Origin: a virus
Reading direction: 5' to 3' (one strand)
DNA: 64,000 nucleotides
IMG/VR virus record: IMGVR_UViG_3300008255_000099
Span: 1-64,000 of that record
Shown: positions 30,406-39,287 of the stretch, in pieces
How positions within the stretch are numbered: the stretch's first letter is position 1
Layout of the letters: each line of letters begins with the position of its first letter
Made by a program: the position numbers and the translations under genes
The notes under the pieces: model-generated
What the model was told of the DNA's origin: nothing
Database searches by the model: none
The model's input: the letters and a program-made list of their open reading frames with translations, nothing else

Positions 30406-30771
30406 TTATTGCCTTGGCTTAACTCTAATATAAAATACTTCTTCATTTGAATTTTCGGTTAATTCTATTTCCAGCCCGAATGGTTTTAATAATTTATCTA
30501 TTTTATCAAAAGCTGCAATAGGTTCATTCTGTAGTGAAGATATTGAAACTTCTTCGTGAGGAATATTTTGAAAATCTTCATTGGTTGTCACATCATCAAG
30601 TACATAGTCCATTTCATTATCCTTCCCAATTTGTTTTCCTAATTTTGAGAAGTCAAAGATCCATTTATTACATTTCGGACATCCGATATAAACACAAGGA
30701 TTATAAATCCATCCACATTTTTCACAAGCCCTTTGACCTTTTCCAAAGATTATATCACTGATGTTTTCCAT
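30406..30771 (-). CDS. Hypothetical zinc-finger protein (likely start MENISD)
   Basis: CEKC...CPKC; CAGGA RBS before ATG 30771. Confidence 0.6.
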   Translation of the reverse strand: MENISDIIFGKGQRACEKCGWIYNPCVYIGCPKCNKWIFDFSKLGKQIGKDNEMDYVLDDVTTNEDFQNIPHEEVSISSLQNEPIAAFDKIDKLLKPFGLEIELTENSNEEVFYIRVKPRQ

Positions 30772-31079
30772 GTTTTCCTGTCTTAAAGATAAAATTGCTC
30801 TTTGTTCTTTTTCTTCAATCAGCATCTGAAAAATCATGCTTATCATAGATGTTTGGGATATAGTTTGATTCCCAACCCGGTAAAACTGGCCCAACCATCC
30901 ATTTTGCTAATCTATAGCAACCATAAGGTGTGCTCAACAAATAAAGAATAGCTTGTTCTTGTATTCTAACTTTAATCATAGTTATCGTCATCCCATCACT
31001 GATCAGACCATCCTGAGCTATCAATCCAACTTTTTAAATGACCAGAGGCTTGCTCCATCTTTGCCGGGCTCAAACCCTT

Positions 31080-31553
31080 TCACCCGAAATAACAATGGAA
31101 ACAAGCGTCAACAAGTCCCTCGATGGAATCTTTGTCATCTTCAGTTGGATTATAAATTTTAAAACAAATAAGATTCTTTACAAATTGTTCTATGATTTCT
31201 TTTCTTTTAATTAAAAATTTATCAAGTTCTACATAATAAGCATTGCATCCACCGGCCTCATAATATTCTTGGTAATTTTTATAAACTGGCAATCCATAAA
31301 CTTCGATGTTTTCAGGAAGAATTGAATTAATTAACTTCGGGATTCCCTGATAACCCAATTCTTGATCTATTATCAATTGTTTTAATCCTTCGACTCCAGA
31401 ATAAACATCAAAACTGAATGGCTTAAACATTCTTAAAATGTCTTCAATTTTTTTCTGTGTTTTTTGATTATTGCACACAAAAAGCTCTGACGAGCTATTG
31501 GTGGTTAAATCAACAAAGCTATGAAGCTTTACGACAACCAGTTTGTTACCCAT
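31080..31553 (-). CDS. TNSSSE-motif protein
   Basis: LHSFVDLTTNSSSELFVC near the N-terminus. Confidence 0.7.
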   Translation of the reverse strand: MGNKLVVVKLHSFVDLTTNSSSELFVCNNQKTQKKIEDILRMFKPFSFDVYSGVEGLKQLIIDQELGYQGIPKLINSILPENIEVYGLPVYKNYQEYYEAGGCNAYYVELDKFLIKRKEIIEQFVKNLICFKIYNPTEDDKDSIEGLVDACFHCYFG

Positions 31554-32022
31554 TCAGTTTCTCCATCAACCTCTGCTCGTCCGACTCGTAATTACCCATA
31601 AAAAATGGGAAAGAATTAAATTTTTCCATAAATTCTTTACAAACTTCTTTTGACCAGGGGTTATTCATTTTGATCACAAACACGCAAAACTCTTTAATAT
31701 ATTGATCTAAAAATTCTTTATTTTTATCTAGGAATTCAGTTATTGACAAAAATTCTTTAGAATTTTTGTCAATTCCAAATTTTTCAAAAATTTCAATTTC
31801 TTCTGGGACAAAAATTCTAAAAAAATCTTCAAAAAAATATGTGTAACGATCATCATCTGGGTAAACAAGATTAATTAAAATTTCATACAGATCGTAATAT
31901 CCATTAAATTCTTTTAAATAAAGAACACATCCATTTCTTTTTTTTCGAAAATCAAGAGCTTCAAAAGCCGCAGAAATTTCTTCAAGTTTATGAATTTTCG
32001 ATGAAATAAACATTGTTGCCAT
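31546..32022 (-). CDS. Hypothetical protein
   Basis: Translationally coupled ORF. Confidence 0.65.
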   Translation of the reverse strand: MATMFISSKIHKLEEISAAFEALDFRKKRNGCVLYLKEFNGYYDLYEILINLVYPDDDRYTYFFEDFFRIFVPEEIEIFEKFGIDKNSKEFLSITEFLDKNKEFLDQYIKEFCVFVIKMNNPWSKEVCKEFMEKFNSFPFFMGNYESDEQRLMEKLNG

Positions 32023-32880
32023 TTAATCACCTTTTGGCGTTGGGTTATAACTTGAAATCAAAACTGTTTCAAAATTTTCATCTAATTTTCTATAGCCAGA
32101 AAACATTTCTGGTTCATAAACCCCAATCCCCAACCCATCAACTATTTCTGGGTGTTTATTTAGATATCCAAAGAAAGGAGCACCAACTGCGATGTCCTCA
32201 ACTTTTCGTTCAATTGCTTCTGCAAAAAAAGCATCCCATTCTTTCTCTGTCTCAATCTCCTTTGCTCTTCCAACTGCTTGATAAGGCAAACAAACATAAC
32301 AATAAACGCCTTCTGTTGAATCATAAATTTCCCAAAATTTATCTGCTGATTTTGGTTCCCCAACAATAATATGAAGACATGTTTTGATTTCTTTTTCAAC
32401 AAATTGAATCAATGCTTTACGCCAAATTTTTTCAATGTGTGGATGACAAGAAACTGCCACTCCTCCACAAAATTCTTTTGTTGCTTCAAGAAGTTCTTCT
32501 GTTAAATGCATCCCGTTTGTGGTGAAATTCGGCAACACACGAAGTCCTGCAACAGTTTTCAAAACATCAACAAATTCAGGGTGAAGAGTTGGTTCTCCTC
32601 CTCCACCAATAGCAATTTGGAATGGTCTTTGATCTTCTGTAAGATCCCCATAAACCTTTTTGATTTTTTCAACAACATTTGGATAAATCTCGCCACTTGA
32701 AGTTGCAGAAGTATAACAATAGGGGCAACCAGCCCAACATTTTGTCCCCAATGAGACATCTTCAATTTCAGGGTTAGCCAAAGATGTTATTGGTTTTGAT
32801 GGATCAATAGCAAATCGAAGAGTCTTTCCATCTTTGAACATGGCAAAATAATTACTGTCTGCCGTTTTTCTTGTTCTCAT
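32023..32880 (-). CDS. Radical SAM protein
   Basis: CWAGCPYC (CxxxCxxC), QIAIGGGGEPTLHP, PNFTTNG, GGVAVS. Confidence 0.9.
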   Translation of the reverse strand: MRTRKTADSNYFAMFKDGKTLRFAIDPSKPITSLANPEIEDVSLGTKCWAGCPYCYTSATSSGEIYPNVVEKIKKVYGDLTEDQRPFQIAIGGGGEPTLHPEFVDVLKTVAGLRVLPNFTTNGMHLTEELLEATKEFCGGVAVSCHPHIEKIWRKALIQFVEKEIKTCLHIIVGEPKSADKFWEIYDSTEGVYCYVCLPYQAVGRAKEIETEKEWDAFFAEAIERKVEDIAVGAPFFGYLNKHPEIVDGLGIGVYEPEMFSGYRKLDENFETVLISSYNPTPKGD

Positions 32881-32897
32881 TTGGACTCTCTGCTAAA

Positions 32898-33488
32898 TCA
32901 ACCCAAATGAATTCTATAAGAATTGTATTTGCTATCAATAATTTCAAATACTTCATATGGGATAGAGTTATCTGAAGAGCTTCTAATAACAACAAAATCT
33001 TTAATTGACTTTCTTAAAACTTCATCATTTTCTCTGAAAAAGTTTTCTATTTTTTCCCACATTTGATTTTCTTTATTTTCTTTTTCGTCCCAAACTTTTT
33101 GTGAAATTGCTCTTCTTTCTTGTTCTGGTGTCTCTTTGGAATAAAAAGATCTTGGATAATCAACATCCAAATCTTTATAACACCATCGAGGGATTTTATC
33201 AGAAAAATCTTTTGAGAATGGGATAAATCTAAAAATAATTGTTGCTAAAGAACCCTCCTCTAAATAACAGATAGAAATTGTTTGTAATATTTTTAAAAGA
33301 GCATCTGGACCATGATGGACTTCTATCTCCCGAATCCCAATCCTCTTTTCAAGAAGTTCAGAAAGATTTTCGAAAAAATCATCAATTTCTTGTTTTGTTT
33401 TTTGTGTATTACAAATAAACAATTCTGACGAACTATTGGTTGTCAAATCAATTATGCTATGGATCGGGATAACCGATATCGTTCCCAT
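32898..33488 (-). CDS. TNSSSE-motif protein (likely start MGTISV at 33488)
   Basis: IHSIIDLTTNSSSELFIC; AAGGAG RBS; upstream GTTGTATAAT at 33540-33545. Confidence 0.7.
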   Translation of the reverse strand: MGTISVIPIHSIIDLTTNSSSELFICNTQKTKQEIDDFFENLSELLEKRIGIREIEVHHGPDALLKILQTISICYLEEGSLATIIFRFIPFSKDFSDKIPRWCYKDLDVDYPRSFYSKETPEQERRAISQKVWDEKENKENQMWEKIENFFRENDEVLRKSIKDFVVIRSSSDNSIPYEVFEIIDSKYNSYRIHLG

Positions 33489-33578
33489 CGCTCTCTCCTT
33501 CTCTTTTTCTTCCAACACAGGGTCTGAGCTAACGCCTCTATTATACAACACCGCACGAAGCTAGGCTTGTAGGATAAT

Positions 33579-33628
33579 AAAAAAAAGAACATGGGTTCCA
33601 AGCGCTTGGAACCCATGTTCTTTTTTTT
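33579..33628 (-). terminator. Intrinsic terminator, perfect 50-bp palindrome
   Basis: A-tract-GAACATGGGTTCCAAGCGCTTGGAACCCATGTTC-T-tract. Confidence 0.7.
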
Positions 33629-33654
33629 GGAGCGATTCTTTTAAAAAAACCAAA

Positions 33655-33830
33655 TAACCCGGTTTCGGCTCTAGGAAACCAACCTATTCCACGGGTGTAG
33701 CGTTCAAAAGTTTTTCAACCGGCGGACTTCTCTGCTGTTTCATCAAACAACCTTTCTGGTTTGTCCAGGGCAAGTGCGCTAGTGTTTTGACACTCGATAG
33801 TGTATCACCAACAGGCCACCTCGGCTGAAA
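33655..33830 (-). ncRNA. Candidate structured RNA (rod with central bubble, 6S-like)
   Basis: GC-rich non-coding island ahead of a terminator; hand-folded pairings CCTGTT/AATAGG, GGTG/CACC, GCGCACTT/AAGTCCGC, GACAAACC/GGTTGTTT. Confidence 0.35.
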
Positions 33831-33844
33831 GGAATAAAAAAAGA

Positions 33845-34203
33845 TCAAACATCAAAATATGCAACAATGAAAGTCTTGATTTCAATCCCACTTGCTCCAA
33901 CCAACTCTTCCATCTGATTGATCGCTTGTTGAATTAAATCTGGATCAATTTGAACAAATTGATTGGACATAGGATCAAGGGATCCAATCATAATCCCAAT
34001 AGCATTGATATCACCATTGACATCATAAACTTCTTGAAGAAATAATTGTTTTTCTTCACCACTTTCATCTTCTTCATAAAAAAGTGTTTCATTGTGAAGT
34101 TGAGCACATTCATTACTTTCGAGTTTGTCCCCTTTGCTTCTATCTCCATTTCAAACTCGATTCCATCATCACAAACGAACTTAACACTCTATTCTTTTTT
34201 CAT
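33845..34203 (-). pseudogene. Interrupted hypothetical gene (TAG at codon 5 plus a frameshift)
   Basis: MKKE*SVKFVCDDGIEFEMEIE in one frame, then ...NECAQLHNETLFYEEDE...IVAYFDV* in another. Confidence 0.5.
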
Positions 34204-34212
34204 TTAACTCTC

Positions 34213-34464
34213 TCAATTTTGATTCTCAAAAAAATCTTTAATTGTTTTTTGATAAGAATTTTCTTGACTATACGGAACAGAATTCTGCCACTCATTAGAA
34301 AGTTGTGCCGGCTCTGTCACCTCTCTCGGGGAAAAATGATTTTTCCCAAAATAACATGCTGAAAATTCATCCCCAATAGAATCTGCCATTATTTCAGCAG
34401 CTTCCTTTTCATCATTCGCAAGAACACATAAATCAATCACAACACTATCTCTGAATATCTTCAT
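34213..34464 (-). CDS. Hypothetical protein
   Basis: TAGGAG RBS. Confidence 0.65.
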   Translation of the reverse strand: MKIFRDSVVIDLCVLANDEKEAAEIMADSIGDEFSACYFGKNHFSPREVTEPAQLSNEWQNSVPYSQENSYQKTIKDFFENQN

Positions 34465-34473
34465 TCTCTTCTC

Positions 34474-35247
34474 CTAAAGAATCAAATCATCAAAAAAATC
34501 TCTTTTTGGAACTGTTTCTGTTTTCTTTTTAGTTAGTTTTTCGAATTGTTTTTTTATTAATTCTTCTCCATCAATCCACCATTCTTTTTTCCCATTCATA
34601 TCTTCGTAAGCTGGCCCATCAAGCCGATGCAATTGGTTGTTTTGCCACCATTCTTTTGAACCATCAGGCCATTCAACGGCTGGGCCATCTTCTCGATGGC
34701 GTTGACCGTTTTGCCACCATTCTTTTGTGCCGTCGGCCATTTCAATTGCTGGGCCATCAAGGCGATGCCACCTTCCATTTTGATACCATTCTTTTCTCCC
34801 ATTGGGATATTCAAACGCTGGCCCATCTTCACGATGTGCTATACCATTAACCCACCACTCTTTTCTACCATCCTGGATTTCAATTGCTGGGCCATCAAGG
34901 CGATGCCACCTTCCATTTTGAAACCATTCTTTTGATCCGTTGGCATATTCAATTGCGGGGCCATTCTCTCGATGAAGAGAACCATTGAGAAACCATTCTT
35001 TATGTCCATTTTCAAATTCAATTGCCGGGCCATCAATTCGATGCCTTACTCCATTTTGATACCAAAATTTTGTGCCATCAGCAATTTCAATTGCTGGCCC
35101 GTCAAGGCGATGATACTTGCCATCAACTCGCCATTCTTTATTCCCATTTTCAAGAACAGTCATTTCTGGTTCATTCATAGCATCAAACCGTTCGGCAAAT
35201 ACCTTTGGGGCATTTCTTAGCAAAAACAACTTCAAGAAATTCAGCAC
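34474..35247 (-). CDS. 23-residue repeat protein (HRxDGPAxExxxGxKEWxxNG, MORN-variant type); likely start at 35178
   Basis: About 8 tandem 69-nt repeats. Confidence 0.85.
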   Translation of the reverse strand: MLNFLKLFLLRNAPKVFAERFDAMNEPEMTVLENGNKEWRVDGKYHRLDGPAIEIADGTKFWYQNGVRHRIDGPAIEFENGHKEWFLNGSLHRENGPAIEYANGSKEWFQNGRWHRLDGPAIEIQDGRKEWWVNGIAHREDGPAFEYPNGRKEWYQNGRWHRLDGPAIEMADGTKEWWQNGQRHREDGPAVEWPDGSKEWWQNNQLHRLDGPAYEDMNGKKEWWIDGEELIKKQFEKLTKKKTETVPKRDFFDDLIL

Positions 35248-35403
35248 GAGAAATCAAATCTTCGCTAATAAAATTTTCCATACTCCAAACCTCCTGTGCT
35301 CTATTATACGTCAAGCCGGCCCTCTTGCACACCAGTTTTTTGGATATAATAATTTATTTTTTAAAGATAAAAAGAACATAAGAAAAATTAAATGCCACGA
35401 CTC

Positions 35404-35432
35404 AACAAACCCGCTCACAGAGCGGGTTTGTT
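35404..35432 (-). terminator. Intrinsic terminator
   Basis: AACAAACCCGCTC-ACA-GAGCGGGTTTGTT. Confidence 0.65.
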
Positions 35433-35467
35433 TGGCGGGAAAGTGGAAGAATGGAATAAAGAAATCA

Positions 35468-36511
35468 TTAAGAGGATTTCCAAAGGCTACGGAAAAATCT
35501 AGATCTTCCACCAGGAAGTTGGAATTCTGGTGTAACAATAACTCCAGTCATTGGGTATCTTTCGATTGCTAGTTTTTCTTTCATTTTATCAAATCTTTCA
35601 AGGTATTCTTGTGATTTTTTATTAATATTGTCGAATGCTGATTTTGCATCTTGTCTAATTTCATCTGGGTCTCTTTGACCGAAGGAGAAGAAGACAGAAG
35701 GTTCTGGGACTGTTAGATAAAGAGCAATTTGTTTCAAAAGTCTTCCTGCGGCTCCATAAACGATTGCAGCATCCCAATGGATAGGGGCTTGATAGATTTC
35801 TGTGATTTTATTTGCACCTGGTTGAGCTACAATTTCATGTAGGGATTGTCTTGCAGCACGATTAATATCTCTGGTAGTTATCAATTTGAATTGATAGGTA
35901 ACAAAGACATCATCATATGGTTGGATTGCGACGGTGTTCCCTGGACCATCATAAAAGAAAACCTTTCCATTGAAGTCCACATTGTATTTTAATCCGGTTG
36001 GATAATCATTTCCTGTATCTGTGGTTGAATAAATAAGTTCTACTTTATCTAATTGTTGAAGACCGCCTGTTTCATAGGCATTTGGAGCATTTATTTCAAC
36101 AATTGGTGGCGGTTCATAATTCCAGTTGCCCATTGCTGAAAACCCTACTGTTCTTGTGCGATTAAATCTGAGTCTAGATTCTTTTGCACGCAAATGAAGG
36201 AAGGGAAGGATTTCATAATAGACATCTGCAAGGAGTAGGGATTCTTCCCCATAAAAGACAGTTTGTGTTGTTACAACAGCACCAAGAGAATCTAATTCTT
36301 CGATGTAATAATAGCTATCTACCGTCCCATCTTCGTCAATATATGAGTTTTCAGGGAAATCAATTTCATCAACTTCTTCCCAGGGTCCATTCATGCGACC
36401 ATAATCAGATCTATATATTTTGGCTGTTGCAACAGTAGATTCGTTGCCAACCCAATCCCAAGCTATAAAGATTCCGTTACCATAATAATCTTCAATTGAC
36501 GCAACTGGCAT
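35468..36511 (-). CDS. Probable virion neck/adaptor-type protein
   Basis: N-terminal FN3-like segment (IAWDW...KIYRS...YIDEDGT..YYYIE); helical C-terminus (IVYGAAGRLLKQ). Confidence 0.4.
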   Translation of the reverse strand: MPVASIEDYYGNGIFIAWDWVGNESTVATAKIYRSDYGRMNGPWEEVDEIDFPENSYIDEDGTVDSYYYIEELDSLGAVVTTQTVFYGEESLLLADVYYEILPFLHLRAKESRLRFNRTRTVGFSAMGNWNYEPPPIVEINAPNAYETGGLQQLDKVELIYSTTDTGNDYPTGLKYNVDFNGKVFFYDGPGNTVAIQPYDDVFVTYQFKLITTRDINRAARQSLHEIVAQPGANKITEIYQAPIHWDAAIVYGAAGRLLKQIALYLTVPEPSVFFSFGQRDPDEIRQDAKSAFDNINKKSQEYLERFDKMKEKLAIERYPMTGVIVTPEFQLPGGRSRFFRSLWKSS

Positions 36512-36519
36512 TTTGACTC

Positions 36520-36831
36520 CTATTCTTCGACATAATCCCCAGGATTAAATTTAACTGATTCTTGATGAAGAAGTTTAAGGATATCTTTCAAATCAGTTGG
36601 TGGTTCGTTTTCAATTGGATGTTTAACTTTTGGAATTTCTTCTGTTGGGTCTCCATCAGAAACACGATTTAATAAAAGTTCAATTTCATTATCTTTTAAA
36701 ACATCACCATTGATTGCACATATTTTAATAAGATTTTTAAAAATTCTTTGACTAGTTTCAGTCATTGATTTTTTTTCAAATTCATCAATCAAATCTAATA
36801 AATCATTAACACCTTCTGAAAATTTATCCAT
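36520..36831 (-). CDS. Hypothetical protein
   Basis: Upstream AGGA-N17-GAATA motif at 36854-36879. Confidence 0.65.
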   Translation of the reverse strand: MDKFSEGVNDLLDLIDEFEKKSMTETSQRIFKNLIKICAINGDVLKDNEIELLLNRVSDGDPTEEIPKVKHPIENEPPTDLKDILKLLHQESVKFNPGDYVEE

Positions 36832-36890
36832 AACGCTCTCCTGTTGAGTTATTTATTCTTAAACTTTCTTCTTTTTCCTGTTGAAGACAA

Positions 36891-36928
36891 AAAATAGTCC
36901 TAGTTGAAATTTCAACTAGGACTATTTT
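36891..36928 (-). terminator. Perfect 38-bp palindrome (terminator)
   Basis: AAAATAGTCCTAGTTGAAATTTCAACTAGGACTATTTT. Confidence 0.6.
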
Positions 36929-36963
36929 GAGATACTATGGATGACGTTTTGTTTTTCCCTTTT

Positions 36964-37275
36964 TTATTTTCCTTCTAAAAAATCATCAAAATCTCTTGTG
37001 TGGGTCCAGCCAGCACCGTGACAAATATCACATTCTGATCGATACCCATGTTTAACATCAGAGCCACAAGAGCATCTCTCAACAAGGCCAGCTTCTTCCA
37101 TTAAATAAAATTCGTATCTTGCATGTGAAAAAATTAATCCCATAATTTTTTTTCTTAGATATTGATATCTTTCATTTTCTCTATCGCCATAAATTTCTTC
37201 TAAATCATCTAAACATTCTTTTAATTTTTTCCAATAATTTAAATGAATTTCCTCGGCGATATTTTTTATGTTCAT
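36964..37275 (-). CDS. Hypothetical protein with zinc finger
   Basis: CSCG...ECDICHGAG. Confidence 0.7.
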   Translation of the reverse strand: MNIKNIAEEIHLNYWKKLKECLDDLEEIYGDRENERYQYLRKKIMGLIFSHARYEFYLMEEAGLVERCSCGSDVKHGYRSECDICHGAGWTHTRDFDDFLEGK

Positions 37276-37304
37276 AATTTTTAATTCCTACTAATTAGTT
37301 AGTT

Positions 37305-38066
37305 CTAGAATCTTTTAAAACCCCCTGGTGTTGCTTTAAAATCGTCTGCTAAATCGATATTTTCGACGGGGCCGTTGTCTTCAAATTCTGGTGCTAAATC
37401 CCTATTTAAGTTATACATTTTGGTCTTTGTAGCTCCAATATCGCTTTGGTCTCTTCCTGCGTCGAGATATGTTGCGTTTGTTGCTGTGTCACGAAGTGGA
37501 TCATAAACTTGTGCCATGTTGACTTTCATCTTTCTCCCTCTTCGACCACCAATAAATGCACCTTCTTTAACCATTTGACTAAATTCATAAGGATCTACAT
37601 TCTCTTGATCTGCTAATTCTTTATACTTTCTAGCATAAACAATTGGATTATTAATTTGATCTAGTTGTTCAATAATATTTGCAGCATCTTGTTCTGTTAC
37701 CTGTTTTCTACCACGGCTTTGACCTGCGTTGGGATCATCAAGATCGATATCTATATTTCTCCCCCTCGGGGTGCTATCGTCTTGTGAATACATTGACTTC
37801 ATCTCTTCGGTGTATTGTTTTTCCATCTGGGCAGCATATTGCTCTTCAGAAAGCATAACAAGAAAACCTTTGTAAAGAGAATTCTTCAAGTTTCGAGAAG
37901 ACCTAACAATATCTCCGTTGACACGCATGTCTATTTCCCAACATTCCCTTGGGTTAAGCTGAAGATTAAGGTCCGTGATGTGCAGTGGCCCATCCAAAAC
38001 ATTTTGAACAATTAAGTATTCCGATTTAAGATCATCATGAATTTGTTGAAAATCTTGATTTGACAT
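37305..38066 (-). CDS. Hypothetical protein
   Basis: N-domain similar to 16422..16919; upstream AGGA-N18-GAATT motif at 38141-38167. Confidence 0.7.
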   Translation of the reverse strand: MSNQDFQQIHDDLKSEYLIVQNVLDGPLHITDLNLQLNPRECWEIDMRVNGDIVRSSRNLKNSLYKGFLVMLSEEQYAAQMEKQYTEEMKSMYSQDDSTPRGRNIDIDLDDPNAGQSRGRKQVTEQDAANIIEQLDQINNPIVYARKYKELADQENVDPYEFSQMVKEGAFIGGRRGRKMKVNMAQVYDPLRDTATNATYLDAGRDQSDIGATKTKMYNLNRDLAPEFEDNGPVENIDLADDFKATPGGFKRF

Positions 38067-38167
38067 TTTTATTCCTCCTGATTTTTATTTTTTAACCATT
38101 TCACAAAAAAAGTTCATAACAGTTCAATGTCATTATATGTAATTCAAAGAGGGAATTAAGAATTCCT

Positions 38168-38506
38168 TTATTTTCTTTTAATTTGTGGCAGATTTAATCT
38201 ATTTTCACCTTGAACATCCGATGTCCACAGTTCATTGCTTTGTTGGTTATATTCAGAAGACCCGGAAGATTTCTTTCTTTTTTCTCTCATGTCGTGGACA
38301 TATTTCTTTTTATCGACATCAAGGCCCGCCTGTTTCGCTTTATTTTCAGCATCTGTTAAGACAACGCAGGCGGGGGCAGAGATAAAAACACGGTGGCATT
38401 TAGCGTCACATTCTGGGCATCCTTGTTCTTCTTGTCTTTTTGCTAATGGGACATTTCTCTCAAAATAAAAATCGCATTTTTCACACTTATAATCATAAGT
38501 CGGCAT
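38168..38506 (-). CDS. FmdB-family zinc-ribbon protein
   Basis: MPTYDYKCEKCDFYFE...CPECDAKCHRVFISAP. Confidence 0.85.
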   Translation of the reverse strand: MPTYDYKCEKCDFYFERNVPLAKRQEEQGCPECDAKCHRVFISAPACVVLTDAENKAKQAGLDVDKKKYVHDMREKRKKSSGSSEYNQQSNELWTSDVQGENRLNLPQIKRK

Positions 38507-38835
38507 TTAAATTATTTCCTTTAAAAACTCTGTGTTTCCAACCCAATTAAGTTTTTCAACATTTTCTTTTGTTAGATAACTGACATACTCCCTCCGCTAA
38601 AGCAGGAGGGCTTTCTAGCCGTGTTCTTTGTAATTCCCATCTTAACAATTCCAGTATCATATTTTTCAAGAACCTTTTGAAATGGAAATTCTTTTGCATC
38701 AATTGGAATAAAGACACAATAATTTTCATTCCATCCCATTAAACAAAAATAACTACGCCAAACAAATTGTTTTAATTCATATCTAATTTTTTTCTGCTCT
38801 TTCCTCTGTGTATGGGAATCCGAATCCGTATCCAA
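38507..38835 (-). pseudogene. Hypothetical gene interrupted by a 50-nt mini-element
   Basis: Removing 38580-38629 gives ...KMGITYLTKENVEKLNWVGNTEFLKEII*, ending immediately before the FmdB ATG. Confidence 0.7.
38580..38629 (-). mobile_element. 50-nt IS200/IS605-derived palindrome-associated mini-element, copy 1
   Basis: TTAC|AAAGAACACGGCTAGAAAGCCCTCCTGCTTTAGCGGAGGGAGTATGTCAG; one mismatch to 46087-46136; no target duplication. Confidence 0.8.
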
Positions 38836-38866
38836 TTAAACTTTGCATTTTAACCTCATTCCAATA

Positions 38867-39163
38867 TCATTTCAAATCAACTTCTTCGAAAAATCTTCGC
38901 ATTTCTTTTTGAGCTTGGTCTAATTTTTCACACCAATTGTTTTTTAGAATATCTGAATTATATATCATTTCAGAAAAAATAATTGAATTCCCTTCCTCTT
39001 CTTTAATCATTTTGGAAATTTTTTTAGATTCCTTCATCATATCGTCTTGAATTCTTAAAATTTCTATTTCATCAAAATTATTCCAAAAATCTTCCCTTAA
39101 AGATTTAGCCGAAGCTGCAATGTTAGCAATTATTTCTGGTTTTGCTATATCAAAATTACTCAT
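38867..39163 (-). CDS. Hypothetical protein
   Basis: GAGGT RBS. Confidence 0.65.
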   Translation of the reverse strand: MSNFDIAKPEIIANIAASAKSLREDFWNNFDEIEILRIQDDMMKESKKISKMIKEEEGNSIIFSEMIYNSDILKNNWCEKLDQAQKEMRRFFEEVDLK

Positions 39164-39287
39164 GAATCACCTCTTCTTTTTTGATTATACATAAAATTGT
39201 TAAAATTCTTCTGTTGACTTTTTGAAAACTTCCAGGGTGCCGAAAGGCGGCCCCCTGTGATACAATAGCAGAGACTGGAGGATTTAA

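Noticed and set aside
33655-33830. Cyclic-di-GMP-I riboswitch or group II intron domain V
   Set aside because: Only GGACAAACC..GAAA resembles the riboswitch, and the GGGACGCAAAGC-type core is missing; there is no domain V catalytic-triad hairpin.
34474-35178. CRISPR array or DGR template/variable repeat
   Set aside because: Units are contiguous in-frame coding repeats with no unique spacers; differences are not adenine-specific; no cas or reverse transcriptase gene in the window.
34213-35247. Amber read-through fusion of the repeat protein to the next gene (9-nt in-frame gap)
   Set aside because: The TAG forms part of a TAGGAG RBS for the next gene, and an in-frame 9-nt gap is expected by chance.
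38572-38633. C-terminal peptide KNTARKPSCFSGGSMSVI as a protein motif (also FSGGSMSE at 55428)
   Set aside because: It is the translation of the inserted IS-derived element, not a native domain.
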